Shown here in pieces: positions 32,225-42,144 of a stretch of 64,000 nt of DNA. The position numbers were made by a program, and so were the translations under genes. The notes under the pieces are model-generated. The model had not been told where the DNA came from. It worked only from the letters and a program-made list of their open reading frames with translations, and ran no database searches. Source of the stretch: Marispirochaeta sp. (GTDB lineage: Bacteria > Spirochaetota > Spirochaetia > JC444 > Marispirochaetaceae); NCBI GenBank assembly GCA_963676835.2, contig CAXXFF010000001.1, positions 32,001 through 96,000 on the forward strand, written 5' to 3'. Numbering within the stretch: the first letter of the stretch is position 1; each line of letters starts with the position of its first letter.

Positions 32225-33247
32225 CTACTTTGCCTTTATGTAGAGTCTTTTTGCGGCATTATGCTCGTACAGGGTTTCTGAAAATTTATGATTTCCCGCC
32301 TGTGGATCCTCGAGAACAAAATAAAGGTATGGACTTTTTTCCGGATTAAACGCTGCCCCAAGGGCGATCTCACCGGGATTGCATATCGGGCCCGGAGGCA
32401 GACCGTAATGCTGATAGGTGTTGTAGTCAGAATCAATTTCAAGATCCCGGTAGGTAAGATAGGCAGGGTGTTCTTTCCCCTGCAGCTCTGTAATAACATA
32501 TACCACAGTTGCACAGGACTGCAGGGGCATATTAATATCAAGGCGGTTATAAAAAACAGAGGCAATCAGGGGCGCTTCAGAAGGCTGCCTGTATTCACGT
32601 TCGATTATACTGGCAAGAATAACCCGGCGATGCAGCTCTTCCGGCTTAATGCCGGTCAGATCAATATTGTTCCGTTCCAGGGTATTTTTAAAGGTTGAAA
32701 CCATGTGCCGGAGAACCATTTCAGCCGGGGTCTCAAGGGCCATCCTGTATGTATCCGGATATATGTAACCCTCTGCGGAATCTGCAGGAATTCCCAGTTC
32801 ATCAAGGAGTTCCCCGTTTTTCGCCGCTGCAAGAAAATCAGATGATGAAACTATACCGTTTTTTTCAAGAATGTCTGCTGCCTGATGAAGGGTATATCCT
32901 TCGGGTATGGTGAGAGTAACCAGATACTGTTTTCCCGTTAAAAGGAGATCATGGACCTCAACAAGGCCCGCCCCCTCGGGCACAGTATAATATCCGGTCT
33001 GAAGATTTCCTTCGGTCTTCATCAGGCGGGCATAGATTTTTAGAGCCATTGCAGAGCGGATAATGCCTTTATCTTCCAGCATAGAAGCAATACCGCTGAC
33101 GGTCTCACCTCTTTTTACCTGAAAGAAAAGATCATCGGCGGCGGTTTCCGGGGCCCTTGTATAGGTATAGGCAGCCCAGCCTGCAGCGCCCGCTCCCATT
33201 AATAGCAGAAGCAGCAGACCGGAAAAGATGTATATAGCTTTTCTCAT
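32225..33247 (-). CDS. mltG: endolytic transglycosylase
   Basis: TIPEG, EGYIYPDTY, LASIIERE, YNTY...GLPPGPICNPG, YLYFV. Confidence 0.95.
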   Translation of the reverse strand: MRKAIYIFSGLLLLLLMGAGAAGWAAYTYTRAPETAADDLFFQVKRGETVSGIASMLEDKGIIRSAMALKIYARLMKTEGNLQTGYYTVPEGAGLVEVHDLLLTGKQYLVTLTIPEGYTLHQAADILEKNGIVSSSDFLAAAKNGELLDELGIPADSAEGYIYPDTYRMALETPAEMVLRHMVSTFKNTLERNNIDLTGIKPEELHRRVILASIIEREYRQPSEAPLIASVFYNRLDINMPLQSCATVVYVITELQGKEHPAYLTYRDLEIDSDYNTYQHYGLPPGPICNPGEIALGAAFNPEKSPYLYFVLEDPQAGNHKFSETLYEHNAAKRLYIKAK

Positions 33248-36200
33248 TTCTCCAGGATGAACTCCACTCGTCTGTTTTTCCAGTTAACATCCCTGTCGGC
33301 GGGGTCAGCAATCGTTCGGGTTCCTCCCAGGCCTGTAACCTGAAGTCTGCCGGGATGTATACCCCGCTCGATAAGAGAATCCCTTACCGCCGCCGCCCTG
33401 TCTCTGGACAATGGTGCAAGTTCTTCCTGTTCTTCCTTTGGTCCCCGCACCGGATCTCCAGCGTATACAGGGTTTGCATGGCCTTCGATGGTTATACGAT
33501 AGTTTCTGTATTTATTCAGGATTTCGGCGATCCGGTCCAGTACAAACATATTCTTATCTGCAGTTTGTTGGTCCCGCTGGCTAAATTTCGCACTGTTCGG
33601 TTCGAAAACTATTGAAGCTATCTGAATTTTAAGCTTATCCCCTTCACGAATAACCAGAACATCAATGGGCAGACTGCCGTTAACCATGCTGGTGTTGCCA
33701 AGGTCATCCTCAATACTGAATCTGAAAGGATAATCTTCAGCAGCTATTACCAGTTCGCCGTTATTAGCACGACCGTCCCAGATAATATTGCTTTTGGGAG
33801 TTCCTTCCCCGGAAAAGGTGTTAAAAGGATTCATCTGCCGATCGAAAATTTCAAGCTTCCAGTTTTTTATCGGGCTCAGATCATCCACACTGATAGAGAA
33901 ATTCAGTTCATCATCGATACCGTCATTATCGGGGCTGAAAGGCAGGGGTGTCGCATTCATTGAGACGACGGGACTGCTGGCATCTACACGCAAGGGTTTA
34001 AGTTCTGCAGTGGGGGTATCTCCTTTCAGATAGTTAACCGTAAGCCCGGGAGTATACATTCCGTCACGGACAAATCCTTCATTATCAGCACCGTTCCACA
34101 CTATTTCTTCAGGCACAGTTCCATCACCGGAGAAAACGGCATAGTTTTTTACTGCCGTGTCTTTTATTGTCAAAGTCCAGTCACGAATACCGTCACTCAA
34201 AGCAACAATGGGATAGAAAGTTATGGTATCGAATGCCCCGTCATTATTGGGGGAGATCTTGCCCGAATCAGACGTAAGATAAGCTGCGGTATCCCTGTTA
34301 TCGATTCTCAACCCTTCGAGACTGATTGAAGTACTGTTTCCGGCTGGATCTTCAGCACTGAGCTGGTATGTGTATTCACCGTCGACAGCTATATTTCCTG
34401 CTTCATCCCTTCCATGCCAGAGAAAGCTTTCGGGGATTCCTTTCCACCGGTAACTGCGGACAACAGCCCCCTTGCTGTCTTTAACAATGCCCTGCCAGAG
34501 CAGTTCACTGCTTCCACTTTGTACAATGCGAACCTGATCTTTGCTATTATCACCGTTTGGAGAGAAAAGAAGATAATCGGTTTTTATTTCAGCCTTCGGG
34601 GCTACCCGGTCCAGAATAAATGACTGGGAAACTGATTCGGCTCCCGTACCGTTTCTGTCAACAAGTGAAATTCGCGCTTTATACTCACCATCTGCAGCAC
34701 GCTGGCCATCATCGCCGATGCCGTCCCACCGGTATACATCAGAGAGATTTCCGCCTCCGCTGTACTTTTTAACTACATTAGACTGACCGTCTACAATCTG
34801 TATGGTATAGCTTTCTACCCCTTCAGCTACTTTAATCTGCGGTTTAAGTAGAAGTTCATCTTTTTTACCGTCCCCGTTGGGAGAAAAAGCTTCTTTGTCC
34901 GGAAACAGGGCAACCACAGTCTCCCCGGTGGAGACACGGATAGTACGTGTTTCCAGTGAAAAGCTGTTTCCCGCCCGGTCGACAGAAGTCAGGATATACC
35001 TGTAGTCACCATCAGCGGCAATTTCGCCATTGGCGCTGGTTCCATTCCAGACAACTTCAGGGTCAGGCGTTTCGATCCAGCGATATTCACGTACTGTATT
35101 GCCGCCGGCATCCACAATTCTGCTGATCCACTCGGGTTCGATGGAGGTATCCTGGGTTATGACAGAAACATCCCTGTTGCCGTCACCGTTGGGAGAGAAA
35201 ATCAACGGGGATGCGGAGACAGACGCCTTTGGAGGTGTTATATCCAGGGTAAACTCCGGAGAAATGCTGAATGGATTGTTTCCGTTACTGTAACGGGCTT
35301 CGATACGGGCGGTATATGTACCTTCGGGCAGAACAGTGCCACTGTCCGCCTTACCGGTAAATACGAGCGGCCCTGGCGCTTGCGTTGTTCCGGACTGCTG
35401 CCATCTTACCGTACCGGCAGCATCCAGTACCGATATGGACCAGGTACGCAGGGTTTCGGGAGAAGGGACTCCGGGGCTCAAAGTAACCGTATCCTGAACA
35501 TCATCTCCATTGGGAGAAAACCAGGCATTACTGATATTTATGGTAACAGGTCTCGGCCTGGTATCAATAATAAGATTATCCACCGACTTACTGGCGTTGT
35601 TCCCTGCCCGGTCTGCAGCACTTATTGTATAGGTATACACCCCGTCTGCGACCAGGTCCCCATTACGGTTGCGGCCGTCCCAGACAAAATCCGAGGGTTC
35701 TGCATCGGAGATCTTTTTACGGAAAACCTCCCGGCCGCCGTGAGCGGTAATCGCAATGGTCCAGGTCTCTTCCAGGGAGCCGTCCTGCTCTATAAGAACA
35801 GTATCTTTACTTCCGTCATCGTCAGGACTGAAGATAAGCTCCAGGGGCTTTTTTTCTGTTATTTCAATCTCCGGAGGCCGGGTATCAATAACAATTGAAT
35901 ACCTTGGAGATTCTGAACGGTTATTATTGTCATCCCATGCAATAACCCGAAAGCTGTATTCTCCGTCTGCGGCTACTGCACCTTCTTCGGTGGTACCATC
36001 CCAGCGCAGGGTATCGGGAACGGGTATCCCGCTTTTGGTTTTAAACACCCGGGAGAACATATCCTTGAAACTGAAAGATTCCGGCCGTTCTTCCTTGTTA
36101 CCAATGGAACGGACCAGATTTCCTGCGGCATCGTAAATTTCAAGTGCATAGCCTTTTATATACCTGGTATCGTTGAGTTTAAAGGGGAAAACCAGTTCAT

Positions 36201-37500
36201 CCCTGGTGCCGTCATTATTGGGAGAAAGGTAAACTGCACCATCAATCTTAATCAGCTCATTGGGTACTTTAACACCGTCGGATGAACCAGACTGATCCTT
36301 GCTGCTGTCCTGTACAAGAAGCTGTGTTCCATGTGATTTTTCACCAGACTTAAAAGCAGCACCTTTTATAGCGGCTGCAGGGCTCACAGGAGAAACAGGG
36401 AAAGGAGAACCAAGGCTCACCGGTACGTTTTCAGTTTCAGACTCTCCTTCTTCAACCGGTGTATAAGGCAGATCTCCAAGATCGATTTCTATTTCCGGTG
36501 GTGTTTTGTCGATTATTCCAAGAGGCAGGCTTACCCCCGCACCGATTCCCCAGGCACCGCCGGCAAGAGGGGCCATGCCAAACTGGGGCTGAATATCACC
36601 CTGGGCATAGCCTTTACTGGAAAAATCAACAATCTTGCTGCTGCTTAAATTTGTCTGAAAGCTGAAACGAAGACCGAAGGAGGGGATAAAACGGTATGTA
36701 TCAAAATCACCGTCAATTACATCATCGAAATCAACCGCCTCGGAGAGGCCAATCTGCAGGTTCTGCCCGATGTTAGCCTGAAGCCCTGCAGTGAGTCTCA
36801 GGTTCTGCATAGAGGCAAGTGCCGCATCGGCGTTTACGTCCAGGGTAAATCCTTCCTTTACCAGAGGAGTAAAAGCGCCACCAAGCTGAAGAGTAAACGG
36901 TGACGGAATGGAAGAATAATTGTCTGAAGGGTTATACCAGAGGCCGAAATCCTTGGCGGTAAGACCCCAGCGAAAATCGTTCAGGAGCTGGTATTTACCA
37001 AGAAAGTGAATAAAACCGGCATCGAGGGTGGCTCCGTAATCAAAAAAATCGTTGGACCCCAGATAGATGTTCAGGCCGCCGCCTACATAAAGGTTCTCAT
37101 ACACATCCTTGGCAAAGCCGCCGTTAGCCATGAAGGTACTGCCAAGATCAAGCCCTTCGTAATCGGCAGAAAGGAAATGACCGCCCCAGGTAAACACCCC
37201 GGTTTTACTGGGATGCGAACCTGACAGGCTCATGGAGTGGCCGGCTATTCCCTGATCATATTCACTGTCATAGATTGCGACATAACCGAGATCGAAGGTT
37301 GGGCGTTGTGTACCTGCTGCGGCAGCGGGGTTCCAGGCCGCTGCCGCAGGAGCATCGGTAGAAACGACAGAAGTTCCACGTCCAAGCATCCATGGAGATA
37401 AGAGCCTGAAATAGCTTTCTTCTCCGGCGGGTGGATTATATTGCGCAAATGCAGACCCGGTAAAAATCAGTATAAGAGCAATAAAGAAAAATTTTCTCAT
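33244..37500 (-). CDS. large exported protein: putative N-terminal beta-barrel, 8 FlgD/CHU_C-like Ig repeats, C-terminal OmpA-like domain
   Basis: Signal peptide, WNPA motif, eight [FLI]SP[ND]xD repeats with W-x-G motifs, C-terminal IEGHA...NRRVEF. Confidence 0.8.
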   Translation of the reverse strand: MRKFFFIALILIFTGSAFAQYNPPAGEESYFRLLSPWMLGRGTSVVSTDAPAAAAWNPAAAAGTQRPTFDLGYVAIYDSEYDQGIAGHSMSLSGSHPSKTGVFTWGGHFLSADYEGLDLGSTFMANGGFAKDVYENLYVGGGLNIYLGSNDFFDYGATLDAGFIHFLGKYQLLNDFRWGLTAKDFGLWYNPSDNYSSIPSPFTLQLGGAFTPLVKEGFTLDVNADAALASMQNLRLTAGLQANIGQNLQIGLSEAVDFDDVIDGDFDTYRFIPSFGLRFSFQTNLSSSKIVDFSSKGYAQGDIQPQFGMAPLAGGAWGIGAGVSLPLGIIDKTPPEIEIDLGDLPYTPVEEGESETENVPVSLGSPFPVSPVSPAAAIKGAAFKSGEKSHGTQLLVQDSSKDQSGSSDGVKVPNELIKIDGAVYLSPNNDGTRDELVFPFKLNDTRYIKGYALEIYDAAGNLVRSIGNKEERPESFSFKDMFSRVFKTKSGIPVPDTLRWDGTTEEGAVAADGEYSFRVIAWDDNNNRSESPRYSIVIDTRPPEIEITEKKPLELIFSPDDDGSKDTVLIEQDGSLEETWTIAITAHGGREVFRKKISDAEPSDFVWDGRNRNGDLVADGVYTYTISAADRAGNNASKSVDNLIIDTRPRPVTINISNAWFSPNGDDVQDTVTLSPGVPSPETLRTWSISVLDAAGTVRWQQSGTTQAPGPLVFTGKADSGTVLPEGTYTARIEARYSNGNNPFSISPEFTLDITPPKASVSASPLIFSPNGDGNRDVSVITQDTSIEPEWISRIVDAGGNTVREYRWIETPDPEVVWNGTSANGEIAADGDYRYILTSVDRAGNSFSLETRTIRVSTGETVVALFPDKEAFSPNGDGKKDELLLKPQIKVAEGVESYTIQIVDGQSNVVKKYSGGGNLSDVYRWDGIGDDGQRAADGEYKARISLVDRNGTGAESVSQSFILDRVAPKAEIKTDYLLFSPNGDNSKDQVRIVQSGSSELLWQGIVKDSKGAVVRSYRWKGIPESFLWHGRDEAGNIAVDGEYTYQLSAEDPAGNSTSISLEGLRIDNRDTAAYLTSDSGKISPNNDGAFDTITFYPIVALSDGIRDWTLTIKDTAVKNYAVFSGDGTVPEEIVWNGADNEGFVRDGMYTPGLTVNYLKGDTPTAELKPLRVDASSPVVSMNATPLPFSPDNDGIDDELNFSISVDDLSPIKNWKLEIFDRQMNPFNTFSGEGTPKSNIIWDGRANNGELVIAAEDYPFRFSIEDDLGNTSMVNGSLPIDVLVIREGDKLKIQIASIVFEPNSAKFSQRDQQTADKNMFVLDRIAEILNKYRNYRITIEGHANPVYAGDPVRGPKEEQEELAPLSRDRAAAVRDSLIERGIHPGRLQVTGLGGTRTIADPADRDVNWKNRRVEFILEK

Positions 37501-37532
37501 TGGATCCTCCGTTTGATTACATGGGGGTAAAT

Positions 37533-37742
37533 TTATTGATTTTGTTTAAGAACATCAATGTTTCTGGAATAAAGCTCAGATAATTTCTCCAACTCATCAA
37601 TGGATAGGTTATCATAAAGCCGTTCAGAAATCCGCTTCAGCAGGTTTTCCATAACAGAATCAAGCTCTTTGCTGCCGTCGTTTAAATGAAGATATAGGGC
37701 TACAATTTCCCGTGAACTTAATTCGAATCCGGCATTCTTCAT
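37533..37742 (-). CDS. small hypothetical protein
   Basis: 69-aa ORF with an ATGA overlap to the upstream MBL gene. Confidence 0.6.
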   Translation of the reverse strand: MKNAGFELSSREIVALYLHLNDGSKELDSVMENLLKRISERLYDNLSIDELEKLSELYSRNIDVLKQNQ

Positions 37743-38683
37743 AAGCTGAACTCTTTTCCTTCAACGGCCAACTCGATCTGCAGATCACGGCTTTTCTGAT
37801 GATGCATGTACCACCGGGCAGATTGTTCAATACCGTACAGTTTCTTGTCGTCATAATGCGGTTCATGATGAAACAGAAAAAGCCTCTTAACCTTCCAGGC
37901 AGCCGCAAAGTCAACGGCAAGACTATATGACGAATGACCCCAGTCATATTTTTCGATTGCTTCGTCCAGGGTATATTGACTGTCCATGATTAAAGCATCG
38001 GCATTACTGTAAAAACGAATATTATCTTCTGTGTGTATGAAGTCATCCTGTACAAGTTCGGTATCGGTGGAAAAAATAACCGACTTGCCCTCTTCTGTAA
38101 CTTTATAGGAGACAGAACTTCCGGGATGTTTCATTTTTCTCCAGGATATCCGTGATGTTCCAAGGCGAATTTCTTTAGCCTTCAGATGATGAAAACTAAT
38201 GGCAGCATTCATACTCTCCATACCAATGGGGAAAAAGGGCTGCTGCATCTGTTTTTCGAGGATACTTTTCAGGTTTTCAACGGGGCTGTAAAAATGTATT
38301 TCACAGCGGCTGTCGTACACCTGGGGAGCAAAAAAAGGCAGCCCCTGAAGATGATCCCAGTGAAAGTGGGTAAAGAAGATATGATATACACGGATATGCT
38401 TGTCCTGGCGTCGCAGCTGATTACCAAGCTCTCGGATACCGGATCCGGCATCGATAATAATCATGGTATCGTCGGACAGGTTTATTTCCAGACAGGTGGT
38501 GTTTCCCCCGACTGTTCCCATAATGTATTCCGGCAGTTCTGATAGAAACTTCTCTCTGGAAGCCATCGATTCAAGATGATACGGCTCTATACGCTGAACC
38601 GCAGCGGCAATCCTGCTTTGAATCTGGGCAGAACTCAAAGGTGTTGGAATCGACCCGCGAACCCCCCAGAAACGAACCCTCAT
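37739..38683 (-). CDS. MBL-fold metallo-hydrolase (phosphodiesterase-like)
   Basis: FWGVRGSIP, GGNTTC, IDAGSG, THFHWDH, WGHS, LFHHEP. Confidence 0.9.
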   Translation of the reverse strand: MRVRFWGVRGSIPTPLSSAQIQSRIAAAVQRIEPYHLESMASREKFLSELPEYIMGTVGGNTTCLEINLSDDTMIIIDAGSGIRELGNQLRRQDKHIRVYHIFFTHFHWDHLQGLPFFAPQVYDSRCEIHFYSPVENLKSILEKQMQQPFFPIGMESMNAAISFHHLKAKEIRLGTSRISWRKMKHPGSSVSYKVTEEGKSVIFSTDTELVQDDFIHTEDNIRFYSNADALIMDSQYTLDEAIEKYDWGHSSYSLAVDFAAAWKVKRLFLFHHEPHYDDKKLYGIEQSARWYMHHQKSRDLQIELAVEGKEFSL

Positions 38684-39126
38684 TCATCACCTTCCAGAAG
38701 TGGTTCCTCCACTCTCTGCTGAAGCCGGTCTTTAATTTCACGCATGGAGTACAAACGGCCTCTGTTTGCGCCTGGACACAGCCTGGCAAGATGATTCCAG
38801 TCATCTTTGGAACCAAGATTATTGCTCCAGAAAGGGTACGTGCTGCACTGCACAGGCCGGGCTTTATATACTGAACATCCGCCCTCTTCCCAGAATATAC
38901 AGTCGTAATTATCCTTTTCCTTAAGGCTAAGACGGCTGAATCCGCCTATATTCACAGAACGGCAGTACTTTTTCCGGAATTCACCATTACGCAGGCCTAA
39001 AGCATCTGAGAGTTTTAAGAGATCTGTTCTGGTAAGAAATACATATCCGGGTTCATGTCTGCAGCAGCTGGAACAGCCGGTACATTCAAAACGAAGACCA
39101 TTTACATAGAACGGTTCCGTACTCAC
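38680..39126 (-). CDS. YkgJ family cysteine cluster protein
   Basis: FECTGCSSCC...CIF...CSVYKARPVQCSTYPFW...CPG. GTG at 39126 follows GGAGG. Confidence 0.9.
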   Translation of the reverse strand: MSTEPFYVNGLRFECTGCSSCCRHEPGYVFLTRTDLLKLSDALGLRNGEFRKKYCRSVNIGGFSRLSLKEKDNYDCIFWEEGGCSVYKARPVQCSTYPFWSNNLGSKDDWNHLARLCPGANRGRLYSMREIKDRLQQRVEEPLLEGDE

Positions 39127-39202
39127 ATAAACCTCCCGGCACAATCGCCTAAAAGTTACTTTAAGGTACCTCAAAAACTACTGTTTGAGAATTCATGTAA
39201 AT

Positions 39203-39244
39203 AAAAAAAGGCTCTCCAGCTGTACAGCTTTGGAGAGCCTTTTT
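39203..39244 (-). terminator. intrinsic terminator after tRNA-Tyr
   Basis: Inverted repeat AAAAAGGCTCTCCA/TGGAGAGCCTTTTT with a T run on the minus strand. Confidence 0.8.
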
Positions 39245-39325
39245 GGGGAGAGAAGGATTCGAACCTTCGAAGGCTGAGCCAACAGATTTACAGTCTGCCC
39301 CCTTTGGCCACTCGGGAACCTCCCC
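39244..39325 (-). tRNA. tRNA-Tyr (GTA)
   Basis: Cloverleaf: acceptor GGGGAGG/TCTCCCC, anticodon arm GCAGA-CTGTAAA-TCTGT, long variable arm, GGTTCGAATCC. CCA is not encoded. Confidence 0.97.
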
Positions 39326-39336
39326 AGGTAGGCAGG

Positions 39337-39365
39337 ATATTAACAAAGCCTGTAAAACATGTCAA
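39337..39365 (-). promoter_or_regulatory. sigma70 promoter of tRNA-Tyr
   Basis: Minus strand TTGACA-17 bp-TAATAT, 11 nt upstream of the tRNA. Confidence 0.75.
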
Positions 39366-39371
39366 TAAGTT

Positions 39372-40124
39372 TTATTTAAAAACTCTGCCTGCATCCACAA
39401 TTAAACTCTGTCCGGTAATACTGTCGTTTTTCACGAACATAACAACCGCATCGGTTACATCATCTTTGTCTGCGGCACGCTTTAAAACACTTAAATCAAC
39501 AGAGCTTTTTCTGTGAGAGTCGGTCAGATTTCCGGTCATTCTGGTCCCTTCCATAAGTCCCGGCGCTACATCGTTTACCAGGATGTTATCCGGCGCAAGA
39601 CCGACTGCAAGACAGCGGGACAGGTGCTGAAGCCCTGCTTTGGAAACAGAGTATGCAATGCTGCTGGAATTGGGAATATTACCACCAATGGATGAAATGG
39701 TAACGATACGCCCTCCTCCCCTTTTTTTCATATAAGAAGCAGCCTGCCGTGCTGCGACATAGGGAGAAAGAAGGTTGAAATGGAGAATATACTCAAACTT
39801 TTCCGGTGTAAGTGTTTCCAGATCGGAAAATGCAATCGCCTCGTTATAGGCAGCATCAAGAACAAGAATATCAATACCGCCGAATGCATCGGCTGCCGCC
39901 TTGAGCATGGAAGCTGTGCCTTCTTCGCTGGTAACATCCGCCTGAGTGATGATAGCCTCTGCACCCATGGCTTTAATTTCCGCCAGATAGCCTTCGGCCT
40001 TCTCTTTTGAACGGCCGTAAACCATGCACAGTTTAGCTCCCTCTTCAGCAAGACGTCGGCAGATTCTCCAGCCGAGTCCGCCTGTGGCTCCTGTGACCAC
40101 TGCAACCTTATCTTTAATATCCAT
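39372..40124 (-). CDS. SDR family oxidoreductase
   Basis: VTGATGGLG, YxxxK (YSVSK), VAPG. Confidence 0.93.
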   Translation of the reverse strand: MDIKDKVAVVTGATGGLGWRICRRLAEEGAKLCMVYGRSKEKAEGYLAEIKAMGAEAIITQADVTSEEGTASMLKAAADAFGGIDILVLDAAYNEAIAFSDLETLTPEKFEYILHFNLLSPYVAARQAASYMKKRGGGRIVTISSIGGNIPNSSSIAYSVSKAGLQHLSRCLAVGLAPDNILVNDVAPGLMEGTRMTGNLTDSHRKSSVDLSVLKRAADKDDVTDAVVMFVKNDSITGQSLIVDAGRVFK

Positions 40125-40252
40125 AGTAACTCCTTGTCAGCTGTAATACGTTTAATGCGATATTGCTGTCATTCTATTTCATTATGGCTATGGTGAAAAG
40201 ATGCTATAGCAATACTTTCCTCTTTTGAACTTTAAACTTTTGCGGGAAAACG

Positions 40253-40287
40253 AAAAAAACCCTGCAGCATGAGAGCCTGCAGGGTTT
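40253..40287 (-). terminator. intrinsic terminator after the amidohydrolase gene
   Basis: AAACCCTGCAG/CTGCAGGGTTT hairpin followed by T7 on the minus strand. Confidence 0.75.
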
Positions 40288-40319
40288 AAATAAAACATGT
40301 ACGAAACAGAGCAGAATTC

Positions 40320-41057
40320 TCAACTCAAGTTAAAGACCTTCTCTGCTGTTCCTGCAAAGCACATTTCCAGAGCATCGTCGGAGAGCCCGATTGCCCGGTA
40401 TTTTGCAAGTTCCACAGGAACATTCGCAAGCAGATCCGACCCGAACATCATTCTGTCCGGTCCGACTCCGCCTACCATAGCTTTAAGATCGTAAACGGTA
40501 GCCCAGCTGGTTTCCAGATATACATTGCTGCATTCCTGAGCAACGATAACTGCTTCTGATCCGAAAACACCGCCTCCGGAATGTGCCATAACAATGGTAA
40601 GATCCGGGTACTTTCGCGCCACCGGGATTATCAGTGACGGCAGCGCAACCGGCATTCCGGTGCCGGTATGTATCATAACCGGCACACCCAGCTCCAGGGC
40701 TGTTCGGTAAATCTTATCCGCCCCGGGATGGGTTGGGGCCATACAGAAGGCATAAGGCTGCAGCTTTAGTGCAACAAATCCAAGATCATTCACTGCCCAA
40801 CGCACCGATTCGATATAACTCTTCTCGTCCATATAGGGGTTGAAACAGGTCAGGCCATAGGCCCGGCCGGGATTGTCATCCACAAAACGTTTAATACGTT
40901 CATGGGCTTTTACCGGATCATTGGTAACCATTCCGGGCTGAACAATCTGGGCTGTGAGGCCGTTTTCCTCCATTGACTTCAGCAGCTCCTGTTCCGTATC
41001 GTCCGTAAGAAACATAAGATCCTCACCAAGGTGCATATGGGCATCGATAATCTTCAT
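40320..41057 (-). CDS. amidohydrolase_2 family metal-dependent hydrolase
   Basis: IIDAHMH, IHTG, MAHSG, YLETS, MFGSD. Confidence 0.9.
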   Translation of the reverse strand: MKIIDAHMHLGEDLMFLTDDTEQELLKSMEENGLTAQIVQPGMVTNDPVKAHERIKRFVDDNPGRAYGLTCFNPYMDEKSYIESVRWAVNDLGFVALKLQPYAFCMAPTHPGADKIYRTALELGVPVMIHTGTGMPVALPSLIIPVARKYPDLTIVMAHSGGGVFGSEAVIVAQECSNVYLETSWATVYDLKAMVGGVGPDRMMFGSDLLANVPVELAKYRAIGLSDDALEMCFAGTAEKVFNLS

Positions 41058-41107
41058 AATTCTATGCTACTCCTGTTTCGCCTTCTTCTCTAACTTACCC
41101 TGTTTTC

Positions 41108-42085
41108 CTATTTTTCCATTGCGGGAAATACGTTTTCGATGAGGGTATCCATGGAAGCTTCAACTGTTTCCTTGGTTACCAGGAATGTGGGTACACTGAC
41201 TTTTTTGGCAGGAGTCTTCCCGTTCAGGTAATCAACTGCTGCACGCAGTGCTTCACGTCCCATGAGTACACCCTGCTGTATTGCCATGGCACCAACTTTT
41301 CCGTCTTTCATGGCACCGATGGATTCGGGGCTGCCGTCAAAACCGGCAAGAACCATTTCGTTAGTCCGCCCGACATTCTCGATTGCAACCATGGCTCCGA
41401 GAGTTCCTTCATCGTATCCGGTAAAAATACCGCGCAGATTCGGGTGTGCTACGAGCAGATCCTGAGCATACTTCATTGCTTCCGCCCGGGTATAGTTCTT
41501 GGCTTCAAGTACAGCAACAACCTTGGAACCGGCTTTTTCTACTGCATCTTTCATTCCCGCAAGACGATCTTTTCCGTTCTGTCTGGTAAGAGAGATATTG
41601 ATCATGGCCACATCGCCGCCTTTCCAGCCATTGGCTTCCATCTGCTGCGCGATGTATTCACCGGCAGCATTAGCTCCGCCGTAGTTATCGGAGATAACAA
41701 AAGAGACATACTCACCGGAATCAGTTCCGATATCGCAGACAACCACAGGGACATTGGCTTGTGCAGCAAGCTCAAGAACCGGAGGACATGATGCACTGTC
41801 AGTGGGAGAAATGATAATAGCATCAACACCCGCGGTGATCAGGTCCTGAACATTCTTAAGCTGAGTAGACGCGCTGTTACGGGAATCTGAATCGATAATC
41901 TTCACACCAAGTTTATCTGCTTCAGCATGAATACCGCCGGCCAGATCCCGCCAGAACGGAATATCCAGGCCGGGAGTCACATAAGCGATCCGGGTCTGGC
42001 CACCATCGGCCTCCTGCCCACCTTTTGCCATAAGTGACACTCCGCAGAGCATCACTATAAGAACAATAAGTCCAAGTTTTTTCAT
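41108..42085 (-). CDS. sugar ABC transporter substrate-binding protein (RbsB-like)
   Basis: Signal peptide, PFW, GVDAIIISP, SDNYGG, GFDG. Confidence 0.92.
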   Translation of the reverse strand: MKKLGLIVLIVMLCGVSLMAKGGQEADGGQTRIAYVTPGLDIPFWRDLAGGIHAEADKLGVKIIDSDSRNSASTQLKNVQDLITAGVDAIIISPTDSASCPPVLELAAQANVPVVVCDIGTDSGEYVSFVISDNYGGANAAGEYIAQQMEANGWKGGDVAMINISLTRQNGKDRLAGMKDAVEKAGSKVVAVLEAKNYTRAEAMKYAQDLLVAHPNLRGIFTGYDEGTLGAMVAIENVGRTNEMVLAGFDGSPESIGAMKDGKVGAMAIQQGVLMGREALRAAVDYLNGKTPAKKVSVPTFLVTKETVEASMDTLIENVFPAMEK

Positions 42086-42144
42086 AATCTTTCCTCCTTA
42101 TTGGTTATGAAAAAGTGCTTTTGAAAATATGTCATCATCCCCGT

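Noticed and set aside
39244..39325. tRNA-Tyr as integration site for the accessory region
   Set aside because: The accessory DNA lies on the tRNA's 5' side, its promoter and terminator are intact, and I found no duplicate of its 3' end.
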